IMG/VR virus record: IMGVR_UViG_3300007511_000007
Coordinates: 1-64,000 of that record
Reading direction: 5' to 3' (one strand)
Length of the DNA stretch: 64,000 nt
DNA from: a virus
The notes under the pieces are model-generated. The model was not told where the DNA came from, ran no database searches, and was given only the letters and a program-made list of their open reading frames with translations. The position numbers and the translations under genes are program-made. This document shows, piece after piece, positions 61,508 to 64,000 of this stretch (position 1 is the stretch's first letter; the number at the start of each line of letters is the position of its first letter).

Positions 61508-63966
61508 ATCTCGAAGCCCCCACCAAAGAAGATGTCCCCGATGTCTCCGAAGTCAGGATCATCACTCAATTTGATATTATCCGTAGCAGAACCGAGATCG
61601 AACTCAGCGGGGTCATGTGCTGGGGCGAAAAGGCTCGCCGTCATCTCAGCATCACCTGCTCCTGCGGCTTTGATGTTGGCCTGTTTCACTTTCTCGATTG
61701 CCGCCCCGTCCCCGCTCTCTGCTGCTATCAATGTCTTGTTGTACTTCTGACAAACTTGGGCTTCAATGGGCTGGTCGTCTGCCCCGGTGATCAATTTGGC
61801 ATTGGCGAACTTGCAGGCATGGCAACGCTCCATCTCCAGAAGCATCGGGATACCATTGACCCGATGTTTTGACGCCCCTTTGTCACAACCCTTGGTGCCT
61901 GTCTTGCTCGCATACACATGCGGGTCAACATAAAGGAATCCAGCAGCCCCCTCATGCGCCTTCCGCAGGGTGCTGATGGCCTCTTGTGCGGCCAAACGGA
62001 CATCGCTGGTAAGGCGCATCTTGATGAGGTCATCCAGATCCTTCCCAGCGGAACCCTCATTCATAGCTTTGGCTACCCACAGCAATGACGCTCGCAATTT
62101 CTTCGGCTGTGCGTTGATCCATTCCGACACTTCCTGTACGGAAGCGGTTTTCTTGGCAGCTACTTGCTTGCGCTGAGGCACTGCAGCCTCAAACCTGTGT
62201 CCTTTGTAGTCTTCTGTCTGAGCCGCATTTTTCAGACTGGCCACTACCTGCCGCCCCAGCTTGAGTGCTTCATCCACTACCGCTGCGGGGGAACGTCCCC
62301 CTTCTTTGTACAGTTGTTTCCGCAATTCAGGGGTGATCATCACACCATTGGATTCAATGGACTCTGTGAGAAGGCGTTTTACAGCTTGAGATTGTTTGTG
62401 GTACCAGTCGAGAAACTCAGAGTTCTGCTTGATTGCAGCCCCCTTGGGACTCCGATAGGCATTCGCCTTGTAATTGCCCCCGACATATTCCTTCGTCTCC
62501 GTAGCCTGAACCCCTTTCTTCCTTACCGCCGTCAAAGCCAGCACCATCGCTTCCCGAGGGGACTTACCCAAGGAAAAGATGCGATTGACTTCAGTGGCCG
62601 AAAGCACCCCGGCTGAGACATATTTCTTTTCGAGGTATTCACGAGCTTGTTTGTTCTGTGCCGCCCACATCTCCTGAGTCTCCATTGCGGTCTTGGACTC
62701 AGCCCGGGACAAGAGTTCCCATGCATTGCGGGTTTCCCGTTCGTCCGGGGCAGCAGCAATAAACGAGACCCCGATTCCATCATACTCTTTGCTGGGTGCC
62801 GTCGCCGCAACAAGTTTGGTCGCCGCTTTGAGGACATCAGCAGGGGGAGCCGTGGATTGGAACAGACGTTTGGCGGCTTCCTGGCTCAAAAGCCCGGCCC
62901 GCATCTTCTGTGCAATCCAGCCATGCGCTTTCTTACGCTGACCTTTGATGACCCTTTGCCCGACACTCACTTGCTGGCGAGGCTCGGGAGTTGCCGCTGC
63001 GAATTGCTTCTGAGCTTCCTCAGAAGTCACGGTATCAACAGCCTTCACCTCAACCGGCTTGAAACTGTCCTTTGCTGCCGACTCACCCGGGCCAGCGAGA
63101 AATGCTTTTTTCAAAATCTCAGGCGGGGCCAGATCCCCGTCTTCGGTGAGCACATAACCCAAAGACTGGAGCTTGGGGCCGTAGTGGGCCATCGCTTCGT
63201 CCCACGGCATCACTACCACAGCTTCCTTGCCCACGACCCCCCCGACGGGGCTTCCTTCTTCCGCAATGATGTACTTGGCACTCCCGCACTTCTTACGGAT
63301 TATTTCCTTCCATTTCCCATTCTTCAGCCCGGGAAAAGCTGCTGCTCGAATGAAGACCTTACCTGCCAGCCCGTGCTCATTCACGAGCCTCCTCATTGTT
63401 TGGGCGATCCTGGGGAAGTCGGGGCCAAGTTCCTCGCGGGCTTCTTTGATGATCTCCGCAATCGGGTACCCATAAGCTGATTTCCGCATCGCCCGCTGGA
63501 CGACTCGAAGCAGATCTTCCGTACTAGCCTTCTTCGCCGTGGGTGTCGAGGCGTGGCTTTCCTTGTAGGGCAAACGTTGGTTGACCCCATCTGTTCTATG
63601 CTCAACGCCCCATGCTTGCTCCAACTCTTCAATCCCTTTGTCCACGGGGTTTACCGGAAGTCGATCTGGATCTTGCTCACCATGCAACCAGCCCAGCCCG
63701 GCAAGGCTGCCCTCTTTCATCAGTTGATCCAAATCCCCGATCTGATGGCTCGCAGACTGACTGTCTACATCCCCTTCGGGAACGGCATCTACAACCAGAC
63801 CGTCAGGAAGATCTGCCAACCCGTGTACTTCAGGCAGTCTCGCATTGTCCAGGACGCCGCTTCCATACTCCGTGTCGAATTGAAATCCGTCCAGACCGTA
63901 ATTGTACCCATCGGTCATGGTGAAATCATCAGACGGCATGTTGGATTTCGATTTCTTATCAGTCAT
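61504..63966 (-). CDS. Large hypothetical head-module protein
   Basis: 820 aa; repeated E.GLAG/EG.AG motifs, repeated helical units ending K.Y.G..F, C-terminal Cys cluster. Confidence 0.7.
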   Translation of the reverse strand: MTDKKSKSNMPSDDFTMTDGYNYGLDGFQFDTEYGSGVLDNARLPEVHGLADLPDGLVVDAVPEGDVDSQSASHQIGDLDQLMKEGSLAGLGWLHGEQDPDRLPVNPVDKGIEELEQAWGVEHRTDGVNQRLPYKESHASTPTAKKASTEDLLRVVQRAMRKSAYGYPIAEIIKEAREELGPDFPRIAQTMRRLVNEHGLAGKVFIRAAAFPGLKNGKWKEIIRKKCGSAKYIIAEEGSPVGGVVGKEAVVVMPWDEAMAHYGPKLQSLGYVLTEDGDLAPPEILKKAFLAGPGESAAKDSFKPVEVKAVDTVTSEEAQKQFAAATPEPRQQVSVGQRVIKGQRKKAHGWIAQKMRAGLLSQEAAKRLFQSTAPPADVLKAATKLVAATAPSKEYDGIGVSFIAAAPDERETRNAWELLSRAESKTAMETQEMWAAQNKQAREYLEKKYVSAGVLSATEVNRIFSLGKSPREAMVLALTAVRKKGVQATETKEYVGGNYKANAYRSPKGAAIKQNSEFLDWYHKQSQAVKRLLTESIESNGVMITPELRKQLYKEGGRSPAAVVDEALKLGRQVVASLKNAAQTEDYKGHRFEAAVPQRKQVAAKKTASVQEVSEWINAQPKKLRASLLWVAKAMNEGSAGKDLDDLIKMRLTSDVRLAAQEAISTLRKAHEGAAGFLYVDPHVYASKTGTKGCDKGASKHRVNGIPMLLEMERCHACKFANAKLITGADDQPIEAQVCQKYNKTLIAAESGDGAAIEKVKQANIKAAGAGDAEMTASLFAPAHDPAEFDLGSATDNIKLSDDPDFGDIGDIFFGGGFEI

Positions 63967-64000
63967 GGATTTCTCCTAATGCTCGCCGTGCAGCAACCCT

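Noticed and set aside
1-64000. Genome-wide TAG reassignment (genetic code 15), suggested by the possible CUA tRNA
   Set aside because: Long genes are intact under the standard code, and many well-bounded genes (nicotinamidase, vWA, kinase, portal, scaffold, cement) end in TAG close to the next gene or intergenic signal.

Overview
This 64-kb window (about 52% GC by eye) is part of a large tailed dsDNA (jumbo-type) phage genome; no host housekeeping operons, rRNA or CRISPR array are visible. Bases 1-19.3 kb are an early/accessory region of short ORFs on both strands. It includes a deoxynucleoside kinase, a HExxH metallopeptidase, a nicotinamidase-like hydrolase with a dispersed vWA/PP2C/Ser-Thr kinase (TerY-P-type) triad, DHH, DUF262 and ParB-like proteins, two GIY-YIG nucleases, a PLD protein and one tRNA. 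Bases ~19.3-64 kb are an almost entirely minus-strand head-morphogenesis module. In order it holds a Dps-like protein, putative small terminase, large terminase, intein-containing portal, a 2047-aa CCA/2H/topoisomerase IB polyprotein, intein-containing prohead protease, EF-hand scaffold, cement protein, HK97-type major capsid protein, a LAGLIDADG-methyltransferase fusion, paralogous virion proteins and a putative neck gene. The strongest leads are: (1) the putative neck gene is fractured by an atypically split, Ser1/Ser+1 intein (31-aa IntN, 139-aa IntC) with a free-standing Vsr-like endonuclease gene between the halves; (2) a tRNA whose best-pairing anticodon register reads CUA sits directly upstream of an amber-interrupted leader ORF carrying an RGPP arrest-like motif that overlaps the next start codon; (3) a probable virion-packaged RNA-repair/topoisomerase polyprotein punctuated by recurrent motifs; (4) a bipartite promoter motif with invariant 13-nt spacing in six copies. 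All family assignments come from motif recognition by eye, not from database searches.
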